A model generated the notes under the pieces. That model had not been told where the DNA came from. It ran no database searches and saw only the letters and a program-made list of their open reading frames with translations. This document shows positions 24,536-37,037 of a stretch of 64,000 bases of DNA, piece after piece. Origin of the DNA: Epiperipatus broadwayi (lineage: Eukaryota > Animalia > Onychophora). Within the stretch, counting starts at the first letter, position 1. Every line of letters starts with the position of its first letter. The DNA is taken from assembly GCA_028023455.1 (NCBI GenBank), contig JAQFVV010000005.1, positions 23,420,180 to 23,484,179 of the forward strand, given 5' to 3'. The translations under genes and the position numbers were made by a program.

Positions 24536-24786
24536 CCAATAGTCTGTAAGACTATGTTTTATTAAGTGTTTTATGCAAATTAATGCAAATTGCTTATAGC
24601 TGCCATTTCTGGGAAAGAGCAAAGCAGGTCTCCCTTCTATTAATGGCTTTGAGATCCTTGGCTATGTGGAATGCCTCTCTAATTTTGTGTTTAGGGCCGT
24701 CTCTCAGCACACACAATGCTGGCATTGGCTGGCTGTAAGCAATTTGCATAAAACACTTAACAAAACGTAATTTTACAGACTATTAG

Positions 24787-24830
24787 TAGCAATGATTACG
24801 AGAGCAAAGACTCTCGAAAGCGCTTAGCTA
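24787..24830 (+). ncRNA. Family-B variant hammerhead motif
   Basis: TAGCA ATGATTA C GAGAG CAAAGA CTCTC GAAA GCGC TT AGCTA. One mismatch at the core-proximal pair of helix I. Confidence 0.55.
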
Positions 24831-25019
24831 AAGTTAAATTACACTTTTAATTCTAAGATCGGACTAGCTCCATTGTCTGTGCGTTATACACATATATGTA
24901 CTGTATGTTATTATCCAATGAAATAAATAATTTACCTATTTCATCATACTATAGTAAAACTTTTATTCTTAAGTTTTTCTTATTCAGCATTCCTAGCATT
25001 TACATTAATTAATATATTA

Positions 25020-25210
25020 ATCTAAGATCTAGATGCAGTGCTCTCAGATCCAAGGCTCCTCACTGACAAAGGTCACAAGCCAGAAACTAGTTTGGAGGTA
25101 TTGGATCAGTAGATACTAGATGAGGATTTTATGCACAAGCCTTTTGGCATCCATTGATTACTCTAGCTTGCAGGGTGTGGCAATACGTATAGTGAGTTTT
25201 GCCTGTTTTT
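25020..25210 (+). mobile_element. Family-A element fragment with a core-mutated hammerhead (A4, 25048-25106)
   Basis: atccaa ggc tcctca CTGACAA aggtcacaagcca GAAA ctag TT tggagg ta ttggat. Carries a G8A substitution. Confidence 0.8.
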
Positions 25211-25529
25211 ATAAAATGATTCTGCAGAATTGAAAAAGTAGTTTTTTTAAATTTTTATTCCTATATTAAGTAAAAAATCATTGAATGGTTTTTTGTCTAA
25301 AAAGTCAATGATGTTTGAGCATCAGAAACAGTTCATGGGTCTTTAACTTAGGATTTCGCGATTTTAGTGCTGTACTGAACAATACATGTATTGTATATTA
25401 TTTTTGAGAAAATTATAATGTGATTACAATTTAAAATTGTATTAAGTTGGCTTAAAACCTTATTTTAAATTCATTTAGATAGTTGATTATGGATGAGCAT
25501 ATAATTGTTTTTTTCAGAATATCTCATCA

Positions 25530-26460
25530 CCTCTGAATATCATTGCTTGTCATTCTATTTCCTGATCAATTTTTTCTAGTGAGCATACTAACAGTGTTTA
25601 GATCTTATGACTTCTCGCCAATACATTGTGTTGCAGTAATTAAGTTATCCATCTTATTGCTAGTTATCTTTCTCTTTTATCAATATATCTATTGGCATCG
25701 TCTTCTTTTATAATCAACCATTCTAATGATCATATCAATAACATTTTTCCAGATTCACCGACAATTTGTTTGATCTTTCCCAGTGACATTAATGATAATT
25801 GTGTTTAAACTTCTTACCATTAGTAAGATAAAATGGATGGATTTTTTTTCTAATTGCAACAACAACAGTATTTTTCCAGAATTCTGGATAAATGTGATAG
25901 ATTTTTAGATTTCTTAATGACACATTGATTACTGTGATGATTGAATCTATCTTTTTTGTTGCTAGTTTATTATTGTTTTTATTTATTAAAATATTGGCAA
26001 TCGGTATCATATTTGTATATTTCTTTTTCATTCATGTACCTCACTAAAGATCAAGATCTCTTGCAGCATATCTCAGTTATAAACTCAATAAAAGTATCTT
26101 GACCTTTGGTTGATGTATGTTCCAGACTAAATGTTATACGACTTCTCTCAATTGTATTCTTCACCCACTACAACTGTGACATTTATTTTCATTCTGTTTG
26201 CTTAAAGATTGAATAATCCATAGATATTAGATAACTATATTGGATATCTTGATGGCTTAGCTTTACAATCTTAAGGTATTGATATTTTCATGTAATTAGG
26301 CTCAGATAGCATAATGATAAGGCTAAATTTTTTGTAATTTCTTTTGCCAGAATAAAGTCTAATTAGCGAAAATTCATTTGCAGAATTCTGAATATCTAAT
26401 TTGCATAGTCCTCTGGTGCCCATTGCCTAATTAAGGCTGTGAAAGAATTGTCATATTTTC
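25530..26460 (-). mobile_element. Highly decayed LINE reverse-transcriptase fragment
   Basis: Minus ORF 25789-26031 contains YPEFWKNTVVVAIRKK, similar to the LINE RT FPxxWKxAxVxPIxK motif. A GFRRS-like motif follows near 25620. Confidence 0.6.
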
Positions 26461-26501
26461 TCATACCATATAAAAAATTTGCTATTGTTTTTGTTTTTTA
26501 G

Positions 26502-26610
26502 GTCTAACATCTCAAAAGTTTGTCTGCAGGCTCTCAACTGGTCATGTATTATCTTAAAAGTGGCATTGGTTAATAAGGATGCAGTTTCCACAGACTGTTT
26601 CATTAAAATG
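26502..26610 (+). CDS. GCN1: GCN1 coding exon 4
   Basis: ttttttag/gtaag boundaries, phase 2 to phase 0. SNISKVCLQALNWSCIILKVALVNKDAVSTDCFIKM matches human SKSSGSAALLALTWTCLLVRIVF...IWNKL. Confidence 0.9.
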
Positions 26611-27059
26611 GTAAGAATAATAATGGTTGTAAATGGTAGATGTGTATGTATATGTATGTATAGATAAATGATAAAACTGCTTTAAATAGTCTACTGCAGG
26701 TCAAGGGCTTCTCCCACAACTTCTCATAGCAGAACAGTGAAGGAGAAAAGTTTTCACCAGGTTTGCAATATGAGAGGATTTGAATGATTTTCATAACTTG
26801 TTTTATTTTCTATCAAAGTCTAGCTAGAAAATATTTACTGACCAATATGGATCACCAGATTGCCTATAAATAAGCTGTCTAGAAAAATTCTAAGCTTATT
26901 GAAAATTTTTTAACGAGGCTTAAGATTTTTTTTTTAGCTTCCTTTGACCTTGATTCAAACCTGGATTATAAACATGACAGCCATATATATTGCTGTTGCA
27001 CTACTAGGTCCTTCTATGTATTTATAAGCAATTATGATTATTGCTGAACCTTATATCTT

Positions 27060-30000
27060 AATTATGTAATAAGATAATAGAGGATGCTTAAATACTCTTT
27101 TTTTATAAAGAGGAAGAAAGTAATGGTTATAGGGGATATAAATGGGCATATTGATGATATGGATAACAAGAGTGGATAGCTTTTGAAATTTTTTTGTCAG
27201 AGAATGAATTTGAGCATTGGAAATTTATCAAATGTTTAGGAGGGACAATACACTTGGTCTAGAAATAATATATTTCACACAATAGATTATGTATTAGTAG
27301 AGAAAGAGGGAATGAATAAAGTATGGAAAATTAAAGTGTTTGATAAAGAAGAGAGAGTATGTAATAGTGATCCTAATTTCTTTATAATAGAAATGGGTTA
27401 GTAATGTGATGGAAAATAGTAATAAAAGTAGAAAGGATAGTGAAAGATGTGAATGGAGAATGAATGATAAGAATAAGTTAGAAGAATATAAAATAGAAGT
27501 AGAAGTCATGGAAAAGTTTGTTGGGGATGAATATAAGGACTGATGTGACGAAGTAGAAAAAGTGGCAAATAGGGTTTTAGGAGAGAATATTCAGAAGAAT
27601 AAAACTAATAAAAAAGTGAGAATTAATAAAAGTGTAAAAGAGAGGAAAAAAGCATGCAGAGAATATAAGTGTGTAATTAAGAACAAAGAAATTGAAAAAG
27701 ATGTTAATATTAAATGGGAAAAATATTTAAAAAAAAAGAAGTTGGCTAAAATAGATAATTATAGAGAGAGAATGAAATTAAATAGTAAATTATTGGAGGA
27801 TATTAGTAAAAGTGGAAGAGATGGGAGTAAAAAATTTTGGAAATATATTAAAAGAAGGAATGTAGAGGAGAGAGAAATAATATTAGTAGATGATGAGGAA
27901 AAAGAGTGTAGCTCTAGAGAAGAATTAGTAATAATCTTAAATAAGTATATAATAGATATAGAAAAGATGTTAGATGTGAAGAACAGAGTGATAACAAACA
28001 TAAAAGCATTTAATAATGGAAATATTAGGTTTACAGAAAATGAATTAAATGAGTCAGGGAAGCAATTGAAAAGTGGAAAGGCAAGAGATTTAAATGGATG
28101 GGTAACAGAGATGGTGATGGATTTAGGAAATAGGACAAAATTAAATCTATTATCATGTTTTAATAAGATGGTTCAGAAGAGAGAATTTCCAGATAGTTGG
28201 AATAATACTAGAATAAGGATACTATTTAAAGGAAGGTATATGGATCATAGAAAGTTAAACAATTAGAGACTGATAGTGGTAATGTCAGTGTTATTAAAGT
28301 TTTTATATATATGGAGGCTGGAAGGATTGCAAAGTGGATGGAAGAAAATATCATGGGAGAAATGCAAGGAGGTTTTTATTTGTAGTCACACAACTTATAG
28401 ATATGAGTAGAAATACAGGTAGTTTATTTGTAGTCACACAACTTATAGATATGAATAGAAATACAGGTAGACAGTTATATATGATTTTTATAGATATAGA
28501 TAAGGCAATTGATAAAGTAAATAGAAACAGATTATGGATAATTTTAGTAAATTTGGGAACGAATGGAGCTTTAATGGAGTTTATTAAGAGATTGTATTAA
28601 AATAATTACTGTACCTATCAATTAGGAAATATAGAATCAGTTAAAGTTAAAAATGGAGTGGGACTAAGGCAAGAATGCCCCATATCCCTTATTTTGTTTT
28701 TGTTATATTTAAGAGAAATTGAGAGATTAATAGAAAGACTAGGAAGAGAGATAGAGATACCATTAATAGGTGGCAAGGGAGTATATACATTATCAGGTCT
28801 TTTATTTGATGATGATATCTTCTTGTGCACAGAAAATTGGGAAGATATGGAAGTTATGCAGAAAACGTGCTCAAGGGTGGGGGAAGAGATGGGGATTAAA
28901 TTTAGAGAAGAAAAATCAAAAGTAATAATGATTGAATGCTGGGAAAGTTTATTGGTGGATATAAAGTTAAATGTGGTGATTATGTATAACTATTTGGGAA
29001 TTGCCTTAAGTAATCAGAGAAATGAAGCAAAGAAAAGAAAGGTACTGATAAAGAAATTAACAGTGTTCATATAATAAATATGATGTAGCTAGAATTGTAT
29101 GGAAGGGAGTGATAATAACAGGATTAATTTATGGTAATGGTGCATTATGTGTTAATAAAGGGATGTTAGATTACTTAGAAAAAATATAAAGAGAAGTAGT
29201 AAGACATGCATAAGTTGCAGATATGTGGATGGCAAAGGAAGCAATTCAAAGAGAAATGGGATAGTCAAGTTTTTATATGAGAGATCCGAAAAGCTAAATG
29301 AAAATGTTTGGTAGATTGCAATTTATGGATAATAAGAGAATAGCAAAAATAGTATTTAATTGGTTATGAATAAATGACAGGCAACAAGATGGATGAGAAA
29401 GATAAATATGGTATGCAGAAGATTTGTATAAAGACGTTATGTCAGTATACTTATACAAAAGGTGGGTGTCGAGTGTTATAATGGCAAGAATAGATTCATT
29501 AATAAAAAATAGGAAGTTGGAGAGATGGAAAACTAGTATGGAGAATAAAAAGTTTAAATATATATAGAAATAAACAGAATATTGAATGCGAGTTGATTTC
29601 TGATAATAGCAAGGAAGGTAGTTTATTGTTTAAGGCTTGAACAGGATTGTTAGCAACAAGGGAATATACCCATAAATGGAAAAATATGGATGATTTAGTC
29701 TGCAAATTATGTAATGAAGGCATAGAAAATATTAGGCATCTATTAATTGAATGTAAATGCCTACAAGCAGAAAGTGTACAAATGATGAAGTTGTGAGAGA
29801 ATAAATATAAACGAAATGATTATACAGAAAGTGGGTTCTTGATTTTTATGCTGGGTTTGGGTAAAGATAAGAGGGATTTAGATATAAAGGCCCTAGAGTT
29901 GACAAAAATAATGCTGTGGAAATGGGAAAAGAATAGGATAGAGAAGAATATGGGATAAACTTAGGGTGGAGAATAGAAAGAGAAGGTAAGGTGGCTAACA

Positions 30001-30071
30001 GGATTCTCTGGGCATAGTGGCTGAGAGATTCTTGATTCTAAGAAAGGAGAAGCCATAGTGCATCACATCAC
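27060..30071 (+). mobile_element. Decayed non-LTR retrotransposon (APE end, RT, C-terminal CCHC); clade not assigned
   Basis: GDINGH..TWSR..TIDYVLV (about 27130-27300), FPDSWNNTRIRILFK, FIDIDKAIDKV, GLRQECPISLILFLLY, LLFDDDI, YLG, and CKLCNEGIENIRHLLIEC (about 29700). Strong purine bias; ends catcacatcaca. Confidence 0.9.
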
Positions 30072-33000
30072 AATATCAATATAAACAGATCTTACATATG
30101 TTAAAAATCGTCTTTTGTAAGGCATACCTGTGAACATTCATTATATGTGCTTTAGTAATAATGATTGGTCATCTTTGAACAATTACAAAATAAATCTATT
30201 AATATAATCTATGAGGAATAGTTATATCCTGAAAGTTGTTTGAAAACAGTTTTTATTGCTATATTTAAAAAAAATTATAAAAAGTGTATAAGAGTGATAA
30301 AGTCTCTTCCCTTGATCTTTCAGTGTTTTAACTCACTAATCATCAGATTTTTTTAAAAAAAAAAAAATTTGATAATACTCTTTTTATCATTATTTTTTGC
30401 ATTTTTTTAAAATTAAAATTACTTTTAATTCTAAGAATTATATTGATCTGACTATATAATATATATATATACACACACAGGCCCAAACAGGATTTCCATA
30501 AATGAATGTTTTGCATCATTATTTCTCCATTAATTATTGAAGACGGCCATTTAATATATAAATTTAAGCTTAATGGTATATTTGTTTTAGATTGCACACA
30601 CAAATACCTATAGAGCTCATAAAAATAGGAAAATATTTTTACTTTGAAACTGCCTTTAAAATTTTGGAAAAAATATAATAAGAAATAAAATAAAAGCAAA
30701 AATTAGAAGAAAAAACAAATTTTGAAGTTCACTCTGCAATTGTTATACACTGCACTGCGATACCAAAATTTTATATCTCGCCATAAGAAAATAGCAGTTC
30801 TCTGCTGAACAAACATGCTTGAAATTATGGGTTAATACTTTAATATCATTGGATATTGCATCTTTTGAATTTTATCACAACTATCTTTCACCGCAAGAAG
30901 AATGAAGAAAATGATTAATTCATTTTTTTTGTTAATTATTTTTATTGTTATCTTAATGTTTTAAAAATAATAATGTTTACATTTTTTTTTTATCTATAAT
31001 ATTTTTTTCTAAAATTTCTCCAGTTTTTATTAGATATAGTAATTGCATGCAATTATATTATTTTTTAAAAATTACTTTTAATTCATAATGAAAATTCAGA
31101 TTCATAATAGAAGTTTTTAAATATTTATTAAATTAAAATATATATGTCTGTTGACTGTATAGTATTTTGCTAGTTATTTTTATTGATGTCTGTGTATTAT
31201 ATAATTTTTAAATTTGCAGTTTTTTTACATATGTTGTGCATATGAATACATTTGTTAAAAATGCCTGATCTAAACTATAAATAGATCAGATATGGTAGTC
31301 AAGAAATGGGTCTCTGCAATCTTTATGAATGTAAAGACCATAATAAGTCAATGTAGAGTTTGGAATCTCTCAATCCCTAACTGTTCAGTTGGACATGGAA
31401 TATTGAATGGTTATCAGGTCATTAATTTTGTAGCAATTCTCCAGAGATATCTAAATGAAGTTTTATTGATTATATTAACTGTCTGATGAATCAAAAAACA
31501 CTGCAGGGTATTAAAAATTAAATAGGAACTATAATGCTATTTAAAATTTGAACTTTGATTAAAATATAACAATGGTTAGAGCTGTTTTATTGATATAGAG
31601 CTGATTATATTGATGATTTTTATATGGGAGACTGAGGATAATCACAAGTAATATGTGATATTGGTAAAGATGGAAAGAAGAAATTCAAGATTATTATGGG
31701 AAGACTTAGAAATAAATGTCAAGACTATCATAATTTTGATTTCTTTACCTAATAATTGGTGACACAATTAGAATAGTTAAAGAGCTATTTGAAAATAAGA
31801 TGAGGTGCATATACAGTGTACCCAGTTAAAAGATGTCTAGTTTTTATTTGAATCAATGTCTATGTTATATAGTGATATAATTTAGCTATTCAACACAAAA
31901 ATTTTAAGGCAGAATGTGTTCCATTGTTTTGTCAATCATCTCTCTGCCTTTATTAAATTTTGGAAACTGCTTAAAAATATTTTTGTGATTCGTGTCTTCA
32001 CTGCCATATGTAGTTTGAATCTTTTCATGTGTTTCAGTAGCAGTTTTGCCCAATTTAAAACAAAATATTACACTGTCATTTCATTGTTGGTTATGATGTG
32101 AAATACACATTTCATGTCATGACTTATAATCCAGACATGCTAGCATCTTAAATTATTGTAGTGAATAAAATTATGTCAGTATATTCATAGATGACTATAA
32201 ACAACTCAGAGAGAGAGAACCAGTTACCAATCTTCTTTTCATTGGAGTGCATTGTATACTTATAAATACATTGTTAGAGGCATTATGCTTACAATTAATT
32301 CAACTGCTAGATAAATACTATAGTGTTCTAAAAGAATATTAGCATCATTTCTGATAATAAACATTGCATGATATAAAGATTGCTGTAGGATAGGGGGGAA
32401 AAGTATTATTCTAAATTTATGATGTATGGATCATTTAGAGTTATTATTCTTAGGTTGTTCTCGTGCAGTTGGAATAATATTGTAATCAAATTAAATCAAA
32501 ATTTGATTGAGGATATCTTTAGATCACAGAATGTATTAGGAATTTTTTTTCCTCAAGAATTTATCTCATTAACATTTAGGATAAAGAAATCTTATCTGGA
32601 TCAATTATTTTGCATCTTTATAGTTTCTCTCGAGTTTACTGCTAGATAACTTATTTATAGGACTTATTTTAGGATTATCTTAATTTAACTAGTCTCCAGG
32701 CTGATGTAATAAGTTATCATGTGGAATAATGCTTTCAACATCTCATATTATTAAAGAGGATTTATCAGGGACATCGGAGAAGATTATAGGATTTAACAAG
32801 GATCTTATACTTGGCTGATTATAATCTAATAGGTATCATTGTTAAATCTGGAGGTGATTTGTTGTAATTATCTGCTTATTTGTTAACATCATCTGTGAGA
32901 TATCATAAGGATTATTAGCAAACATAACTTAATCTGTTAAACGTGTATATTTAATACACTTATTTGTTTGACATTGTTATGAAATTTGTCTGGTCTGATA

Positions 33001-33603
33001 ACATTTACACCACTCACCTGATTTTCCTTAATACATATTTTTGTTTTCATTGCATTGACACTCATCTGACTTCCCCAAATTAGTCTGAGACCATTACATT
33101 TTAGCTAATAATAGCTAGATATCGATTTACTGATCAATACTGAATGTTTAGCTAAGTTGGCTATGGACTTGCTTCTGTTTATTCAATATTTTTGTCTTTC
33201 AACAGTGGTTTAAAATCAGTAACGATTGCTATGCCCTGTATTTTAAATGCAATGATAGAGCGACAAATTCAGGAGTTAAAATTTAACAAATTGATATGTG
33301 AGTCACTGGGCCATGAATCCCTTTTTATAGGGCAAATGATCTCACATAATAATAAATTAGAATTTTAAATTGGTTTCTTTTTGTCAGTTAGACTTAAATG
33401 TTGAAATTGGTTGTTTTCAATGTTTTTTATCTTTCAACAGCTATTTAAGATCAGTAACTATTGTTATGCCCTGTGTGCAATGATAGAGTGACGAATTCAA
33501 GAGCTAAAGTCTAGATTGCTGTTCATCTATATTACATCTGGTGTTCAAACATTATATAATTTCCCAAGCAATAAACAGTTTGATTTCGTTATGCCTTGAT
33601 ATG

Positions 33604-34447
33604 TATGAAGGGTATCCAAATGTAACTGGAATTTTATAACAAAAAATTGTTTATTTATCTTTAAATGTTATAAATTTAATCTTCTTCAAAATAGTGTCCA
33701 TTTAATACAATATACCAGTTTAAACATGTTTTTCACTTTTCAAAGCAGTCTGGAAACACAAAGTGAAGTCTTTACCTGCTTCGTTTTTTTCTTCACCACT
33801 TTTAAATCTGCAAAAAAAAAAAAAAAAAAATTGAGGCATTTTTTCATTTGAAAGAATAAAAAGAAGTCACAAAGTTAAAAGTTGCGTAAATATAGATAAG
33901 CTGGATCATGCTGAATTTAATTAAAAAATTGTTTCACACTCAAGGCTTTTTGCTCAGACATATTGTCAGGTTGAAGCTTGCACTCCTCACTTTGCCACAA
34001 AACGTGACGTTTACATTTTACCATATCATGCAAGCATTTCAGAACTTAACTGTAACAATTAATTCTGAAAGAAAAATACCATTTGTATCAAAAAAAAGAA
34101 TCTGCATTGTCTTGATATTTGGACGTAACTTGCCATGCTTTTTTGGGACATGGTGAATTTTGATATTTTCATTAAAACATTAATGAACTTGTGTTTTCCT
34201 AGAACAGGTTACTTGTAATAAAACAGAATTTCACATTATTGCAACTTTTCAGCTTTTACAAAAATTGACATATACATGAAACTCACTTCACAATTGTGGT
34301 GCTACTTGGCACCACAATTTCACACATTGATGTCATTTGTTAGATTGATGAAGAAGGGTCTTCTCAAGAGGTATCTGTCAGCAAAAGCATGTACGACAAC
34401 AAGTGCACTTACCAAAGAACTATTTTGATTTGGGTCTCTCCCTCGTA
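33604..34447 (-). mobile_element. Internally deleted mariner (DD34D) transposon remnant
   Basis: Minus-strand peptides LQPDN..KALSVKQF, CDFFLFFQMKKCL, RFKSGEE and GHYFEED match the mariner C-terminus. TIR-like ends tatgaagggtatcc (33604) and the reverse complement of tacgagggagagacc (ending 34447). Confidence 0.75.
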
Positions 34448-36490
34448 GAGTTATGCACTTGAAGTTCAGTCTATAACTTCTGGTACTTGAAGATCATTTG
34501 ATTTTTTCCTTTACTAACCAGGAAATTATTATTATTGATATTGCTATATTTTTAATGCAGAGAGAAACATTTTTTTGATGAGGTCTCATAGAAGTGCTAA
34601 TAAATATGTTTTGATATCATTGTGATATGTCCTCAAATACATAATGCAATCGTTTCCTATTCATAATTAATATTTTTTTTTCTGCAGCAATACTCTCTTT
34701 CTTTGAATTATATACTACAATTAAGAAGTCTTTCTGGCAGCAGGGAAATTAAAATTTAGTCATTTAGTTCTATCTCATCAATAACACCTGAGAATTCTAT
34801 ATAACGGTCTTTCAAATATTATTATTGTTGATTGAATAATTATGGAAGATATAGACATTTATGGAGCTTTAGGTAACTGATACTTTATAAATGTAATGGA
34901 TGTTATTTTCTTCCATTAGTTTGACATTAGAATGAGAGGCAATATTTTAGTAGTAGTTTTTAGAAATGGTTAATGTTGATTAATTAGACATGATTGAGAT
35001 CAAAAACATTTAATTGACTAGCGTGAACTAGTTCTAGAGTTTAAAGTTTTTTTAAAAATAGGCTTGGAATTACTTGAAATAATGCTTTATAAGTTATAAG
35101 TTAGATTTTAGATTTAATTCTCTAAATTACAAATATATTGGAATATTTTTTTTCTGAATTATTTTTTAAAGTTTTTAAATTGTTAAAAATAGCAGCCATT
35201 TTTCATTGCTGTTTATAGTTCTGTATTAAAAGAAACTTATTCTTTATGAGAAAAATGAAACATAGTTTCTTAAGATTTGAAACATTAATATTTTTTTTAT
35301 TTTATAAGAACCAAGTATTTAGTTCCTTCATTTTTTTTTTTTTGTCAGTTATTGTTCCAGAGAAGGGATTTTTTTTTGATAACAAAATAATTTTGTAATC
35401 CTTAAATATGTTATTAATAATAAAATTAAAATATAGCACTGGAAATTACAAAATGTGAATGAGCCAAATCTAATGTGGCTGCTGTAGATTTCTAGTCATA
35501 ATTCTGAGGATAATAGTTAAGATCAAAAGTAATTGTCAATAATTTTAATTTGTCAGTGTACTATTTTTTTTTTAGAGATATCCATAGCTTGGACAGTTCA
35601 CTTCCAAATAAAATACCATATTCTTTACTATTACATTGTTTTATTTATAATAGAAATATTTCAATTATATATGTATTATTTTCAGTCTTATAGTTGAAAA
35701 ACCAATTTTTTATTGCAAGGTTTAAAACTGTAGAGAATTATGTGAAATAGACTAAACATTTTTATTTTAAAAAGAAATTTATTATGTAATTATTTACAAT
35801 AAATAACATATTGCATATAGTAAAGTCATAGACGTATTTTATTGATTATTATTTTTTTTTGCATATCTCAACATAAATATCTAATTATATTAGAAATAGA
35901 TCTTAATTGATATTTGTGTATTAGTGAATCCATGTTTTACTTAGATCATAATGGAATACATGAATTAAACAATCCTTCCAGACCCCATTACAATTTTTTT
36001 ATTAATAGAAAAATATTATAGGGGAAGAGGATAATAAATTTTATTTGAAAATTTCATTATATGACTTTGCCTATTAATACTAGAAATCAAAATTTAAAAC
36101 TCCCAACTACTCAATTTTCCAAATGTATTTTAATTTTTTGAAAAAATTCTGTAATTCTTTTTAATCTCTATTTTTTTCAGTTTTTTTTTTGCTTTACTGA
36201 ATTGAGGCGGTATTTAAAAGATATTTTGTTTTTGATCATTCTAAAGAATTCAAGTATTTAAGTTATATCCTTAGAATGGTAAAAAAGAATGATTAAAGCA
36301 GGAATGCTAACTTGCGGATAATCTGTATCAGAGTTAAAAATAATAGATTACTTTATTCTTAATGTTTTTATAGCCTCGAAGAAAAGAATAAATATACTTT
36401 TTTATTTGGCTGGCAAAAAATATTTAAAGTTTATATTAATTAGTTTGAAATAAAAGTTGTTAATAATAATGCAACATTTTTTTTTTTAAA

Positions 36491-36587
36491 TGTCATAGCA
36501 TTGGCCGGGATGCGAACCCGCAACCCGGGCAACTGCCTGCAAGTGCAAGGCAGTCGCGCTGACCTCTCGACCACCAATGCAACATTT
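36491..36587 (-). mobile_element. tRNA-like mini-element (copy 2, expanded anticodon loop)
   Basis: Minus strand 36580-36498: GCATTGG TGGTCGAGAGGTCAGCGCGA CTGCC TTGCACTTGCA GGCAG TTG CCCGGGTTGCGGGTTCGCATCCCGG CCAATGC. Perfect 7-bp acceptor stem. Confidence 0.65.
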
Positions 36588-36938
36588 ACCCCTGGGTTTC
36601 TCATGGTAATCATTATTTTTTTAAAAATATAAATAGCTTTAAATAGACTCATCTGCAATCATTTGTTTGCAAGAATTTGTTGATATTGAGATTTAGGGTC
36701 CATTGTCTAAATCATCCTTTATTACAGTCTTCATTTTTGCACTGGCAATAAAAGTTTCATAGTGTAATATATCTTGCTTATCTGAAAGCTTCACTTATCA
36801 TGTGTAAAAATGTTCACGAAGGAAGTAAATATTGTTTAAAGAGTAAATAATGTTAAATTTAATAAATAATTGACTTTGCAAACATTTTTTTTTTTATTAT
36901 TAAAAAAAATACAAGTATTTTTGTTCAAAATATTTTAG

Positions 36939-37037
36939 GTTGAAACTCAGAGTATGTTACTTCATAAAGTGGTTATGTCTAGCAACAGTAAACTAAGCAA
37001 AAAAGCTGCTAACAAATTGAAAAGTGTTTGGATACAG
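36939..37037 (+). CDS. GCN1: GCN1 coding exon 5
   Basis: ttttag/gtaag boundaries. VETQSMLLHKVVMSSNSKLSKKAANKLKSVWIQ matches human VEVQCLLLLEVLGGSHKHAVDGAVKKLTKLWKE. Confidence 0.92.

Larger units (their letters stand above)
24300..25000. mobile_element. Nested fold-back element with two diverging family-B hammerheads
   Basis: Inverted arms at about 24420-24605 and 24730-24905 around a ~125-bp spacer. Outer inverted segments at about 24305-24365 and 24945-25000. Confidence 0.8.

Noticed and set aside
34292-34319. Perfect 11-bp hairpin as a Helitron 3' end or terminator
   Set aside because: No CTRR follows on either strand, and it lies inside the mariner remnant.
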